DNA from: Sulfolobales archaeon
GTDB lineage: Archaea > Thermoproteota > Thermoprotei_A > Sulfolobales > NBVN01
Assembly: GCA_025058345.1 (NCBI GenBank)
Contig: JANXEN010000001.1
Span: forward strand, 8,481 to 72,480
Direction of reading: 5' to 3'
DNA length: 64,000 nucleotides
A program made the translations under genes and the position numbers. Under the pieces are notes generated by a model. The model saw nothing but the letters and a program-made list of their open reading frames with translations. It searched no databases and was not told the DNA's origin. This document shows, piece after piece, positions 1 to 10,300 of this stretch; the first letter of the stretch is position 1, and every line of letters starts with the position of its first letter.

Positions 1-29
1 TCAACGTTATTCAAATACATAGTAAAGCC

Positions 30-1325
30 CTAGATCTTAGGTCTTCTAAACGTATCAAACATTTTGATAGGTGCTGTCGCATCAACACCTAATTTATCAG
101 TGATGCCGTCTGAGGAACTAGGATCTAACGTAGAGCCGCGAGCACCGCGAACTATGATTAAGTCATCACCGGCCTGAACCCTAGTAGCTATAGCCCACTC
201 AACATCAGATATGTTGTCTGGGTCTATATCGGAGTCAACTACAACTACGTGCTTTAGACTTGGGTGGGAAGCAAAGGCAGCTAAAATAGCGTTTTTAGAA
301 TCACCCTCACTATTCTTATCGATTGATATCACCGCATGCAACCAGCAACCGCCAGAAGGCGTTAACCTAACTTTATGCACCTTAGGAACTACTCTCCTAA
401 CACCATCCCATATAGCAGCCTCCTTAGGGAACCCCATAAGTAGCTTATGTTCCATACCGCCGGGCAGTATCACATGGAATAACCTGTCACCCTCAACCCT
501 ATTTAGGTAAACCCTATCTATACAGATAACGGGCTGCTTCCTAACCCTATCATAAAGCTCTAAAAGGTCTAAGAAAGGCCCTTCATCAACCTCCTCCCTA
601 GTGATTCTACCCTCCATAACCACCGAAGAACTGCATGGGACGGGTAAGTCGTAAAGCGGGGTCCTACAAAACCTTAAAGACTCACCAACCAGTAAGTCGC
701 TAAGACCTAATTCGAAAACACCGTAAGGCGGTGAGATAGAAGCTGATAAAAGCACAGCTGGATGAACGCCAACAACAATAGCTACTGGGGTATCAACTCC
801 TGAGGCAGAGTTAAGGTTTACAATCCTGTAGAGATGCCTAGGAACTATCCTTATAGCAACCCTACTATCATCAACTAACATCAACCTATGTACAGATGCG
901 TTGAAACTATCTAAGTCAGGTGTTCTAGCAATAACTACTGATGAAGTTACGTATCTACCGCCATCACGTTCGAAGAACTTTATGAACGGTAACTTACTTA
1001 AATTAACCTCCACCTCCTCGAAGCAGTCACTAAAGCACTCATCGAAACGTATAGTCGATGACTGTGCGTTAAGGACGTTAAGTAATTTTCTATACGCCTC
1101 ATCATCACTCGAAACCTTCAACGCCTTATAGAGCTTATCCCTACTATTTACAACATTCCCTACACATGGTAAGTCACTTCCCTCAACCCTAAACATTAAG
1201 GTAGTTCCCAGCGAGTCAGACCTCATTAACTCTCCCGTAGGCTCTAAATAAGGCCTTAACACAGACTTACGTACAACTAATCCCTCATCAGAAAGCCTAT
1301 CCACAAACGCTTTCAGACTAAGCAT
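30..1325 (-). CDS. UbiD-family (prenyl-FMN dependent) decarboxylase
   Basis: 431-aa ORF whose length and overall sequence pattern match my memory of UbiD / 3-octaprenyl-4-hydroxybenzoate carboxy-lyase-like proteins. It overlaps the upstream gene by 13 nt. No UbiX partner is seen in the window. Not searched. Confidence 0.65.
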   Translation of the reverse strand: MLSLKAFVDRLSDEGLVVRKSVLRPYLEPTGELMRSDSLGTTLMFRVEGSDLPCVGNVVNSRDKLYKALKVSSDDEAYRKLLNVLNAQSSTIRFDECFSDCFEEVEVNLSKLPFIKFFERDGGRYVTSSVVIARTPDLDSFNASVHRLMLVDDSRVAIRIVPRHLYRIVNLNSASGVDTPVAIVVGVHPAVLLSASISPPYGVFELGLSDLLVGESLRFCRTPLYDLPVPCSSSVVMEGRITREEVDEGPFLDLLELYDRVRKQPVICIDRVYLNRVEGDRLFHVILPGGMEHKLLMGFPKEAAIWDGVRRVVPKVHKVRLTPSGGCWLHAVISIDKNSEGDSKNAILAAFASHPSLKHVVVVDSDIDPDNISDVEWAIATRVQAGDDLIIVRGARGSTLDPSSSDGITDKLGVDATAPIKMFDTFRRPKI

Positions 1326-2602
1326 CTCACCACCCTACCAACCTCTTCATACCCCTCACCCAACCTAACCTTACCGATAACTAGCCCCCCTATATCACCG
1401 CTCCAAGGGGTAATAACGTATATGTTCCTCTCTAAGTAATCAATGCAGTCTAAAATACCTACCGACACATCCCTTAAGTCACGGTCTAATACACCGACTA
1501 ATAAGCCCTTCTCATCACCTTCATAAATGACGTTTAGGTCTAAATCCTTAGACTTAAGGATTAATTGAGACTGATTAATCTTTAAACCCCTTCTAAAAAC
1601 TACGTTAAGCGTGCCTTGCAGTATGGAGCTGTAGATAATTCCGCTACGTACTTCGTTTAAATTTTCGATGTAGTCAGCCAAGTCGTTAATGCTTAGATAC
1701 CTACCGTTAAGCACGTAGAACCCCATCAAGGTAAGGGCATCTATAGGTAATTTAACCCTCCTTGCACAGCTGAATACCTTCAAATAAGATTGATGCCTCA
1801 AATACCTCCTATCTTCCCTATTACGCTCTTTAACGGCTTTAGGCCTCGGCACGAGTAAGACGGATGTGCTACTACCCCTCAAAACACCTTTAAAGTAGGT
1901 GTAGAGAGCTTCATCAAGCACTAACACATGCGTTGGTTTAAGGACCTTAATCATCAGCTCCTTAAGCTCTAACGCACCGTAGCCGTAAACCCAGCCATCA
2001 GTATTAACGACTAGGTCGCTACCACCGCGTGTGAAGCTATGAACGACTTCCTGAAACGCGGAGATGAACTGATGAATACAGTATTGAGGTGAGTTACAAC
2101 CAACATACCTCAACATAAACGGCTGCAAATCCCTTAACCATAAGAACTTCTCCTTAGGTCTTGCAACCCCTATAGTGCATGGTACTGATATATCAGCCTG
2201 ACCAACATCGGAATCCACTACATATACGTCGCGTCCAGACGAAATCAACCTATTAGCTATGAACGCCGTTAAAGAAGTTTTACCTGACTCGGGAGGACCT
2301 ATAACTATGATACGTAAATCACCGCCGTATTTGATAATCTCATCGTATAGGCTAAGCCATGAATCGATGACTTCTTCCCCGCTTTGAGGTTCGTCCAACG
2401 ACCCCCCATCACCTAATACGACCCGTAACTCACTGCGCCTTAAGGCCTTAATACCGTAACTCCTGTACCTATTGATGACTAACCTACTTCCTGAAGTGAA
2501 GGAGGCTCCAGCTACTAAAACCTCCCCACTAATAACCTCAACGCTGGCAGGGCCTGCAACCCTCACTACCTTACCGAAATCCATAACTAAATTAACGTTC
2601 AA
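1313..2602 (-). CDS. Clp1/Grc3-type polynucleotide 5'-kinase (P-loop NTPase)
   Basis: 429-aa ORF with Walker A 'GPPESGKTS' followed by 'VVDSDVGQADI'. This P-loop plus D.D.GQ arrangement is typical of archaeal Clp1 homologues. Confidence 0.6.
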   Translation of the reverse strand: MNVNLVMDFGKVVRVAGPASVEVISGEVLVAGASFTSGSRLVINRYRSYGIKALRRSELRVVLGDGGSLDEPQSGEEVIDSWLSLYDEIIKYGGDLRIIVIGPPESGKTSLTAFIANRLISSGRDVYVVDSDVGQADISVPCTIGVARPKEKFLWLRDLQPFMLRYVGCNSPQYCIHQFISAFQEVVHSFTRGGSDLVVNTDGWVYGYGALELKELMIKVLKPTHVLVLDEALYTYFKGVLRGSSTSVLLVPRPKAVKERNREDRRYLRHQSYLKVFSCARRVKLPIDALTLMGFYVLNGRYLSINDLADYIENLNEVRSGIIYSSILQGTLNVVFRRGLKINQSQLILKSKDLDLNVIYEGDEKGLLVGVLDRDLRDVSVGILDCIDYLERNIYVITPWSGDIGGLVIGKVRLGEGYEEVGRVVRCLV

Positions 2603-2750
2603 TACCTTAACCCGAATTAAAAACAGTACGTAAAGAATTAAAGTTACTTACCAATCACACGTCATCAAACCACGTATAATGAGATTAGGTTGCTTTATTA
2701 ACCTAGGCACCTTTATTAACACCTGTTCTCCCATATTTATCGGTGTTAAT

Positions 2751-4601
2751 GTGTTTGGATGGCGTGGTAGGTTGCTAAGGATAAATCTAAGCAGTAAGAA
2801 AGTAACTACAACCGCAATCGATAGTGAAGTACTTCAGAAATTCTTAGGTGGTAGAGGGCTTGCTGCATACCTCCTCTGGAAAGAATTAGAACCCGGTACC
2901 CCCCCTCTATCACCCTCAAATAAACTCATCATTTCCTCAGGACCTCTGACAGGATTGCCTTTACCAAGTTCAGGTAAATTAGTTGCAGCGTCTAAGTCCC
3001 CGCTAACGGGCGGTTACGGTGATGGGAACGTAGGTACTAAGGCAGCTGTCCACTTAAGGAAATGCGGATACGATGCTTTAATAATTGAGGGCTCAGCCGA
3101 AAAACCGACACTTATACTAGTAGAGGATGATAAGGTAGAGTTAGTCAATGCAGACCATCTGTGGGGCCTCACTGCATGGGAGACGGAGTTAAGGATCGGT
3201 AAGGAATACGGCTCAGATATGTCGGTGTTAAGCATAGGTCCTGCTGGTGAGAACCTAGTTAAGTTCTCAACAATTATCAGTGAGTTCGGGCGGTCTGGAG
3301 GTAGGCCTGGGATAGGTGCTGTCATGGGCTCCAAAAAGGTTAAGGCTATAGCCATCAGAGGGACTAAGGATGTACCTATACACAGCCCTAACGAATTTAA
3401 GAATGCTGTGGAGGAGGCATACGAACACATTAAACGTGACGCTAACTACGAGTTCTGGATCAGGCAGGGAACTATGTCAACTATACTGTGGGCTAATGAG
3501 AATAGCTGCCTACCAACACGTAACTTTAGGGAGGGCATCTTCGAGGAAGCAAGTAAGATAAGTGGTGATGCTATGGAGTTAATTAAGGTTAGGCAGAAAG
3601 GGTGCCCCTACTGTGAAATACCTTGCGGGAACATAGTTAGGTACGGAGTTAACGGCACCTCAAACGAGTCTGAGTTAGACTACGAGAACGTAGCAATGTT
3701 AGGTTCTAACATAGGATTAGGGGACCTACATAAGGTCTCAGACCTAAACCTCATGGCAGACCTCTACGGCCTTGACACCATCAGCTTAGGTAACGTGCTG
3801 GCCTTCACGGCAGAGTTAAGTGAAAGCAGATTAATCGATGAAAGGGTTGAGTGGGGTGACTACAGGAAGTTCAAGGAATTAATAGAAGATATAACCTACA
3901 GGAGAGGTTTAGGGGACGTATTAGCTGAGGGCGTAAGGTACGCATCATCTAAGATAGGGGGTAATTCAGCAAACTTCGCCATGCACGTCAAAGGGCTTGA
4001 GATATCCGCATATGACTGCCACGCAGCCCCAGGCATGGCTCTAGCCTACAGCACATCACCTATAGGTGCACACCATAAAGACGCGTGGTTCATCGCTACT
4101 GAGATAAAGCTCGGACGCCTACAGTACTCTAAAGAGAAGATAGAGCGGTTAGTTTGGATGCAGAACGTAAGAGGAGGATTATTCGAATCCCTAACTACCT
4201 GCAGATTCCCATGGCTTGAAACATCTTTAAGCCTAGACGCATACCTTAAATTCCTCAAGTTAGCTACTGGCGTCAACTACAGTTGGGACGACATACACTT
4301 AATCGCGAACCGAATATATACGTTAATAAGGACGTTCTGGATAAGGGAGTACTTAGCTGATGGCATTAAGTGGAGTTCGTCGATGGATATGCCGCCCAAG
4401 AGATGGTTTGAGGAGCCTCTAAGTAAGGGACCTCTTGCTGGCAACAAGTTAAGCATCGACGGCTATAGAAAGATGCTCAGCTGGTACTACGAGATGCGGG
4501 GCTGGGATGAGGACGGCATACCTAAGAAGTCAACGATCATTAAATTAGGGCTAAGCGACATAACACCTAAGCTTGACATCTATGCTTCCCTAAAAGAATG
4601 A
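2751..4601 (+). CDS. aor: Tungsten-containing aldehyde:ferredoxin oxidoreductase (AOR family)
   Basis: The ORF is open from 2679, but the conserved AOR N-terminus 'FGWRGRLLRINLS' starts at GTG 2751. It has 'LGGRGLAAYLL', 'GGYGDGNVG' and 'CPYCEIPCG' Fe-S/pterin-region cysteines. Length is about 616 aa. Confidence 0.85.
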   Translation: MFGWRGRLLRINLSSKKVTTTAIDSEVLQKFLGGRGLAAYLLWKELEPGTPPLSPSNKLIISSGPLTGLPLPSSGKLVAASKSPLTGGYGDGNVGTKAAVHLRKCGYDALIIEGSAEKPTLILVEDDKVELVNADHLWGLTAWETELRIGKEYGSDMSVLSIGPAGENLVKFSTIISEFGRSGGRPGIGAVMGSKKVKAIAIRGTKDVPIHSPNEFKNAVEEAYEHIKRDANYEFWIRQGTMSTILWANENSCLPTRNFREGIFEEASKISGDAMELIKVRQKGCPYCEIPCGNIVRYGVNGTSNESELDYENVAMLGSNIGLGDLHKVSDLNLMADLYGLDTISLGNVLAFTAELSESRLIDERVEWGDYRKFKELIEDITYRRGLGDVLAEGVRYASSKIGGNSANFAMHVKGLEISAYDCHAAPGMALAYSTSPIGAHHKDAWFIATEIKLGRLQYSKEKIERLVWMQNVRGGLFESLTTCRFPWLETSLSLDAYLKFLKLATGVNYSWDDIHLIANRIYTLIRTFWIREYLADGIKWSSSMDMPPKRWFEEPLSKGPLAGNKLSIDGYRKMLSWYYEMRGWDEDGIPKKSTIIKLGLSDITPKLDIYASLKE

Positions 4602-4649
4602 CGTAACCCTCCTACCAACTTACTTATAACTTTTATAAATAACCTACTC

Positions 4650-6677
4650 GTGGATGTTGAAGTGAGGTTTAGGTGGCCGCTTCAAGTTAGGCTGAGATGG
4701 TGTGCTGATTGTAACGTACCACTAATACAGGAAGAATGCGAGCTATGTAACTCTAAAGGATTTGAAATCAGGTTAAGCCCTCCAGGCGATGTGAGGCCCG
4801 CATTTAAAGGAGATGTTGAAGTGATTAAGGCTGCATTGCTGAACGAGTTCGGAGATCTATCGCTGACTAGAGAACTAAGCTTAGAGGAGGGTCTACCATT
4901 AGTGAATAAAGTGCCTCACTACGACGATATGAAGGAAGTTATAATTGGTGGTGTAGTTGTGGGGAGGTACTTCTTCGACCCTATGAAGTTTAGGTGGCGG
5001 TGGAGGTTAAGCAAGTACAGCGCTGAAGTAGCTGTCAGTAAAGGCTTAGTTAAGGCCATAACCACAGATAGGGTGAGGCCGTTAGAGGTGCTAACAACTA
5101 CAGACGATGAGGAGGACACGCAATACGTCTTAGTAAGCAATAATTCAGAGCCGATAGGTATTGCCGTAGCTAGGAACGGTAGGGTAAGGGTGCAAACCGT
5201 ATTTAGTAGAGCTTCGAGCCCTGAAGTAAGTACTAGGAAATCAACGCTTAAAGACTTCAACAGAGCTAATGACCTCCGACTGAGGACCCTAATATCGAGA
5301 GGGATTAAGAGATTACATGTAATGAGTTCTAAGGTGGGACTTCCCCTAACGATCTCCTACTCGGGAGGTAAAGACAGTTTAGTGGCTTTAGATCTAGCTG
5401 TGAAGGCAGGCTTAGAACCAGCTATAGTATTCAATAACACAGGTCTAGAATTACCTGAAACCGTAGATAACGTAGCGCAAATAGTTAAGCACTACGGTCT
5501 GAAGTACTATGAAGCCAAACCAGATAAGGAGTTTTGGGAAGCCCTAAGCGTCTTCGGACCACCGGCTAAGGACTTCAGATGGTGTTGTAAGCTGATTAAG
5601 CTAATACCTCTTGCGAAGCTCTACAAGACGTTATTCCCGAACGGTGCTCTAAACATCATCGGTCAGAGAGGTATGGAATCAATCGATAGGGCCCTTAGCG
5701 GAAACGTTTGGAGGAATAAATGGATACCACACATCCTCAACATCACTCCAATCCAGGAATGGCCTCAACTAGCTGTCTGGTCCTACATACTGAGTAATGA
5801 TTTAATCTACAACCCTCTCTACGAATGCGGGTTCGATAGACTTGGATGCTACTTATGCCCAGCAGCTAACGTAGCTGAACACCACACGTTATCGAAGACC
5901 CATCCAGGACTGTGGAGCCTTTGGGAAGAACACCTAATTAAGTGGAGTAAGGAACTAAAACTACCTGAGGTTTGGGTTAAGTACGCGTTATGGAGGTGGT
6001 TAGATCCATCATCAAGCGGTAGGAAGAGGGTTGAGATTAAGTGCCTAGGTAAGAAACACGTAAGTAACTGGATTGACGAATACGAAGCTAGGGTGGGGAT
6101 AAAGGTACTTGATAAACATATAACTGCTACGAAGGCTAGAGTAACTTTCAACACATCAATACCTCAAGAAGGACTTACGGAGCAGGCAAGCTCCTTAGGC
6201 AAAGTTCATATCCAACGCAACGACTTAGGGGTTGAGGTTAAGACATCTGACTACTTAATTAGGGTTATAGGAAACAACCTCGAAGTATCGGTAAATAATG
6301 TAGTGAAGACCAACGCATTAGAACTAACGATAAGTGCTGTGAAGTTAATGGTGAGGTGGATGAAGTGCATTAACTGCGGAGCATGTACATTATGGTGCTC
6401 GAATAAAGCCATAAAACTTGAGAACCATAAACCAAAAATTAATGAAAGTAAATGCGTAAGCTGCGGCATATGTCTGGAGGTATGTCCAATTAATGAAGTA
6501 CTAATCGATAAAGCGCTAATGCCGCTACTAGTAAATAACTTAAACACTCCGAAGACGAAAAGGCGGTCAAAGACCGTCGCATTAAGTAAGTCATTAAGGC
6601 TAAGCCACATAAGGCAAAACACTAACTCAGAAAGCGGTGATGGAGTTGAATTACCGCAACACCTCTTCATGAATTGA
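4650..6677 (+). CDS. PAPS-reductase/PP-loop ATPase family protein with N-terminal Zn-ribbon/PUA-like region and C-terminal 2x[4Fe-4S] ferredoxin domain
   Basis: 675-aa ORF with a GTG start. N-terminal 'CADCNVPL..CELC' zinc ribbon, central PP-loop 'SYSGGKDS', and C-terminal 'CINCGACTLWC' plus 'CVSCGICLEVCP' ferredoxin motifs. Confidence 0.7.
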   Translation: MDVEVRFRWPLQVRLRWCADCNVPLIQEECELCNSKGFEIRLSPPGDVRPAFKGDVEVIKAALLNEFGDLSLTRELSLEEGLPLVNKVPHYDDMKEVIIGGVVVGRYFFDPMKFRWRWRLSKYSAEVAVSKGLVKAITTDRVRPLEVLTTTDDEEDTQYVLVSNNSEPIGIAVARNGRVRVQTVFSRASSPEVSTRKSTLKDFNRANDLRLRTLISRGIKRLHVMSSKVGLPLTISYSGGKDSLVALDLAVKAGLEPAIVFNNTGLELPETVDNVAQIVKHYGLKYYEAKPDKEFWEALSVFGPPAKDFRWCCKLIKLIPLAKLYKTLFPNGALNIIGQRGMESIDRALSGNVWRNKWIPHILNITPIQEWPQLAVWSYILSNDLIYNPLYECGFDRLGCYLCPAANVAEHHTLSKTHPGLWSLWEEHLIKWSKELKLPEVWVKYALWRWLDPSSSGRKRVEIKCLGKKHVSNWIDEYEARVGIKVLDKHITATKARVTFNTSIPQEGLTEQASSLGKVHIQRNDLGVEVKTSDYLIRVIGNNLEVSVNNVVKTNALELTISAVKLMVRWMKCINCGACTLWCSNKAIKLENHKPKINESKCVSCGICLEVCPINEVLIDKALMPLLVNNLNTPKTKRRSKTVALSKSLRLSHIRQNTNSESGDGVELPQHLFMN

Positions 6678-6763
6678 AAAACTTTTAGAATTAGTTAAAC
6701 TTAAAAATCGGAGTGAGCTAACGATTTACTAATAATGACTTAGAAGAACTTGATGATGTTCTT

Positions 6764-7510
6764 TTAATGTAGGTCTAGTATGTGTTGACACCTCTCAACT
6801 AAAGTGACGGACTCCCCATACACATCTTTAAGTAGTTCAAACTTCATAACATCTCTTGGACTTCCTACGAAGTGCTTACCGTAACCTAACAGAATTATAC
6901 TATCCGTGGAGTTAAGAAACACCGTTGGGTCATGCATAGATACCAACACCAACTTCTCTTTAGACAATTTAAGTAAGACATCAGCTACCTGAGAACGGCT
7001 AACTAAATCTAAATTCGAGAGCGGTTCGTCTAGAAGTAATATTGCAGCACCCCTTAAAAGAGCTCTGGCTATGAGAGCTTTTTGCCTCTGACCTCCCGAT
7101 AACTTACGGATGTCCCTATACCACATCTCCTCAGGAATGTTTACTAACCTTAACGCCTTAACCACCTCATCCACCGAATAACTCTGGCCCCCGCCAACTA
7201 GATCCACACTGTATCTAAGGAATTCCCATAAGGTCATTGGGAAGGAACTTATGTAATTTGGCGCTAACTGCGGTACGTAACCTACATATCTACCTGCTAC
7301 AGCTGGTGCTCCAGTAACGTCACCACCGTTAATTAAGACCCTACCGCTTAAAGGCTTTATAAGACCTAATACTGTTTTAAAGAGTGTTGTCTTACCGACA
7401 CCGTTAGGACCTATTATCTGAGCTAATGTAGGCGCGTTCAACCTGAAGTTAAGCCCGCTCACTAACGGCGTTGAATACCCTATCGACAGATCCTTAACTA
7501 CTAACTCCAT
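6764..7510 (-). CDS. Metal (Zn/Mn-type) ABC transporter ATP-binding protein
   Basis: Walker A 'GPNGVGKTT', ABC signature 'LSGGQRQ' and Walker B 'ILLLDEP'. Divergent from the binding-protein and permease genes. Confidence 0.85.
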   Translation of the reverse strand: MELVVKDLSIGYSTPLVSGLNFRLNAPTLAQIIGPNGVGKTTLFKTVLGLIKPLSGRVLINGGDVTGAPAVAGRYVGYVPQLAPNYISSFPMTLWEFLRYSVDLVGGGQSYSVDEVVKALRLVNIPEEMWYRDIRKLSGGQRQKALIARALLRGAAILLLDEPLSNLDLVSRSQVADVLLKLSKEKLVLVSMHDPTVFLNSTDSIILLGYGKHFVGSPRDVMKFELLKDVYGESVTLVERCQHILDLH

Positions 7511-7552
7511 ACCTCTCTATGTGCACAAACTCTTTAAAGACTTAAATATTTT

Positions 7553-8563
7553 GTGCACGCATTACTAACTTGTAGGTTAAGCTGTATGTGTGGTAGGTAT
7601 TTACTAGCCATCGTGGTTGCAGCACTAATAGCTACTCAAACAGTATTAGCTGAAGTTGTTGAGGCTCAAGGTGTTAAGGTAGTCACCACATTCCAATACC
7701 TTGCTGATGATGTAACGCAACTATTATGTGAGGGTGATGAGGTAATTTCTTTAGTCCCTCCTGGCGTAGACCCACATGAATATTCCTTAACTCCGAGGGA
7801 TGTAGAACTACTTAGAAATTCCAACATAGTGATATCGACATCCCATACCCACCTTGAAAGCAAAATATATGAGCTTAAAGTAGGCGGTGAGTTAAACGCA
7901 TCTATTATCGAGATACCGAAAATACCGAATATGAGGCTAAGAAACGTATCTGGAGTTAACGTAATTAATTACCACGCAATTACTTACGACCCAGACAACT
8001 ACGTTACGTTAATGGAGGTAATTGCTGAAGAACTTACTAGGTTAAGACCTGAATGCAGGGACGCCTACCTCGAGAAATTAAATACTGCAACAAAACATGT
8101 ATTAGACGTGCGGAGCGATGTGAAGTCAGCTGACCTACTAGCTATTGGGAGTTCACCCCTAATCCAGTACGCTGTCGAGTGGTTCGGCGTAAAATTCGCT
8201 GCTTACCTAGTAGTTGACCCCGAAGCATCGCCTACCCCTAAGGATATAAGTAATGTTGAGAGATTACTTAGCAGTAGATCAGTTAACTTAACAGTAATTA
8301 GTGATGGGGATTCACCGCATGATAGGGCATTAATGGAATTATCGATTAAGTACTCCGTACCAGTACTTAAAGTACCTTCACCCATATCCCCAGGTTCTAT
8401 GGCATTGAAGATAAAGACCGTTATAAATAACTTCAATAACCTCCCTAAGGAGGTAGCTCATGAATCAGGAGGTAAAGATGGGCAGGGATTGCCTATAGTA
8501 ACCTTACTGATAACTCTTATAGTTTTAATAATTGCGTTGAGGCGTGTGAGTACTTGGAGATAG
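7553..8563 (+). CDS. Metal ABC transporter substrate-binding protein (ZnuA/TroA-like)
   Basis: N-terminal hydrophobic signal/anchor, a 'DPHEYSLTP' metal-binding-type motif, and a C-terminal hydrophobic tail. Sits next to the ABC ATPase and permease. The true start may be an internal ATG. Confidence 0.65.
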   Translation: MHALLTCRLSCMCGRYLLAIVVAALIATQTVLAEVVEAQGVKVVTTFQYLADDVTQLLCEGDEVISLVPPGVDPHEYSLTPRDVELLRNSNIVISTSHTHLESKIYELKVGGELNASIIEIPKIPNMRLRNVSGVNVINYHAITYDPDNYVTLMEVIAEELTRLRPECRDAYLEKLNTATKHVLDVRSDVKSADLLAIGSSPLIQYAVEWFGVKFAAYLVVDPEASPTPKDISNVERLLSSRSVNLTVISDGDSPHDRALMELSIKYSVPVLKVPSPISPGSMALKIKTVINNFNNLPKEVAHESGGKDGQGLPIVTLLITLIVLIIALRRVSTWR

Positions 8564-9375
8564 TTAATTCATTAATCATTAGATGGTTATTAATTATAGT
8601 GGTTTCTTCACTGATTTACGGCAACTTAAGCACCTTAATATCTGCGAGGAGGTTGTTCTTCCTAGCTTCAGTAACCCCACATTCAGCACTACTAGCTGTG
8701 CTCACTGCTGTAGTGTTGAGCAACGTGTTTGGTGTTCTAAATGAGTTCTTATGGTCCGCATTAATAGGGTGCTGCCTGATGCTAATCATAGGCTACACCA
8801 TATATAGGGGTGCAGATACCGATATAGTAACATCACTGTATGTAGCTTTATCTGCCTCTGTAAGTGTTACAGTGATGAACTACGTGTTAACTACTTTCAG
8901 GGTTGGATACAGTTTATGGAGGGTGGTGTTGGGCGACCCACTACTAACTACTTGGGACGACCTCCTCTACGTCTCAATAGTTGCTATCCTAACGACATCC
9001 TTAACAGCTATGACATTAAAGTACCACGTATATGCTGGGGCGGATCCTGATTACGTTAAGTTAGTGGGTGCGCGTAGATGGCTGTATGACTTCACCCTTT
9101 TTCTCTTACTTGGTATAACTTCCGTAGCTTTAATTAAAGTCACCGGCTTCATACTGCAGCATGTGTTAATACTTCTTCCCTCAATCATCGCTGCTAAAGT
9201 AACTGAAAGCAGTGCTAAGGCATACTTACTGAGCTTAATGGTAAGCCTTACAGCAGGTATAGCTGGACTTCAGATAGCGGTTCTAATTAATTTATCCCCA
9301 TCAGGTTCGATAGGGGTAACGCTCATAGCGATATATGCTATTAGCTTATTGATAGCTAAGGTTAGGAAGACTTAG
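8554..9375 (+). CDS. Metal ABC transporter permease (ZnuB/TroC-like)
   Basis: 273-aa polytopic membrane protein. It overlaps the stop of the binding-protein gene by 10 nt, which looks operon-like. Confidence 0.7.
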   Translation: MEIVNSLIIRWLLIIVVSSLIYGNLSTLISARRLFFLASVTPHSALLAVLTAVVLSNVFGVLNEFLWSALIGCCLMLIIGYTIYRGADTDIVTSLYVALSASVSVTVMNYVLTTFRVGYSLWRVVLGDPLLTTWDDLLYVSIVAILTTSLTAMTLKYHVYAGADPDYVKLVGARRWLYDFTLFLLLGITSVALIKVTGFILQHVLILLPSIIAAKVTESSAKAYLLSLMVSLTAGIAGLQIAVLINLSPSGSIGVTLIAIYAISLLIAKVRKT

Positions 9376-10300
9376 CTGATAAGGAGATTAAGTAAGTCGC
9401 TATGATGGGTAAGACCAACGACGCGTCTGAGTAGACAACGATATGTTTACCTGATTCCTTAACCTTACCCCAGCTAATGGCTTCCTTAGTTCTAGCGCCG
9501 CTTAAGCTGCCATCCCACTCAACAGCGGTTGTCACATACACAGCGTAGTCAAGACCGTCTTTAAACTGATTCCACCATAAGGTGTGATGCTTACTGATGC
9601 CGCCTCCAATTATTAAGGCGCCTGACTTCTTGGAAGTGAAAACCATATCTGATAACTCCTTCATATCCTTAAAGAGGTTTAGTTCAAAATTCATGAACTG
9701 TGAATGTATGAATAACGCTGTGCCGAAGGCGCCGTCAGTTATTCCTGGAACGTAGATGGGTACGCCATAAATTGAGGCGTTGTGGAGTATTGAGTTCTTA
9801 TCGTGAATCCTTAATCCAGCCTCATGAAGGAGTTCTCTAACCCCCCACTTACTCCTCACATTCACTAAGTCCTTCAGCAACTTTTTCACGAAGTCTTCAA
9901 CCAGCTTACCGTAGTGGTTTTGATGTACTAGGACATTACCTATCCTATGATACCCTAACCTCCTCAACTCGCTGTCGTCGATGTCGAAAGACCCCCTCAA
10001 ATACTGACCTCCCATAGCCCTAGCTATATCGTGGTCTACAGTACCGCAGGTAGTTACTACAACATTGAATACCTTACTTGCGATTAACTGCGCTAACAAA
10101 CCCCTAAGTCCAGTAGCTACTAAGTTACCCGTAAATGATATGAACCTTAAATCAGATTCAACGACCATTTCCCTCAATATACTTACTGCCTCATATAGGT
10201 GGGCTGCTCCAAAGCCGTGGATACTGCCGTATAGCTCTATGAGTTCCTCAACACTCATTTCAGGCTTTACTTTAACATCCTTAATGGGGTCTAAGCCCAT
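9362..10300 (-). CDS. dys: Deoxyhypusine synthase
   Basis: 312 aa. Contains 'FTGNLVATGLRG', 'VVTTCGTVDHD' and 'ISKHH', characteristic of DHS. Confidence 0.85.
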   Translation of the reverse strand: MGLDPIKDVKVKPEMSVEELIELYGSIHGFGAAHLYEAVSILREMVVESDLRFISFTGNLVATGLRGLLAQLIASKVFNVVVTTCGTVDHDIARAMGGQYLRGSFDIDDSELRRLGYHRIGNVLVHQNHYGKLVEDFVKKLLKDLVNVRSKWGVRELLHEAGLRIHDKNSILHNASIYGVPIYVPGITDGAFGTALFIHSQFMNFELNLFKDMKELSDMVFTSKKSGALIIGGGISKHHTLWWNQFKDGLDYAVYVTTAVEWDGSLSGARTKEAISWGKVKESGKHIVVYSDASLVLPIIATYLISLSAKSS

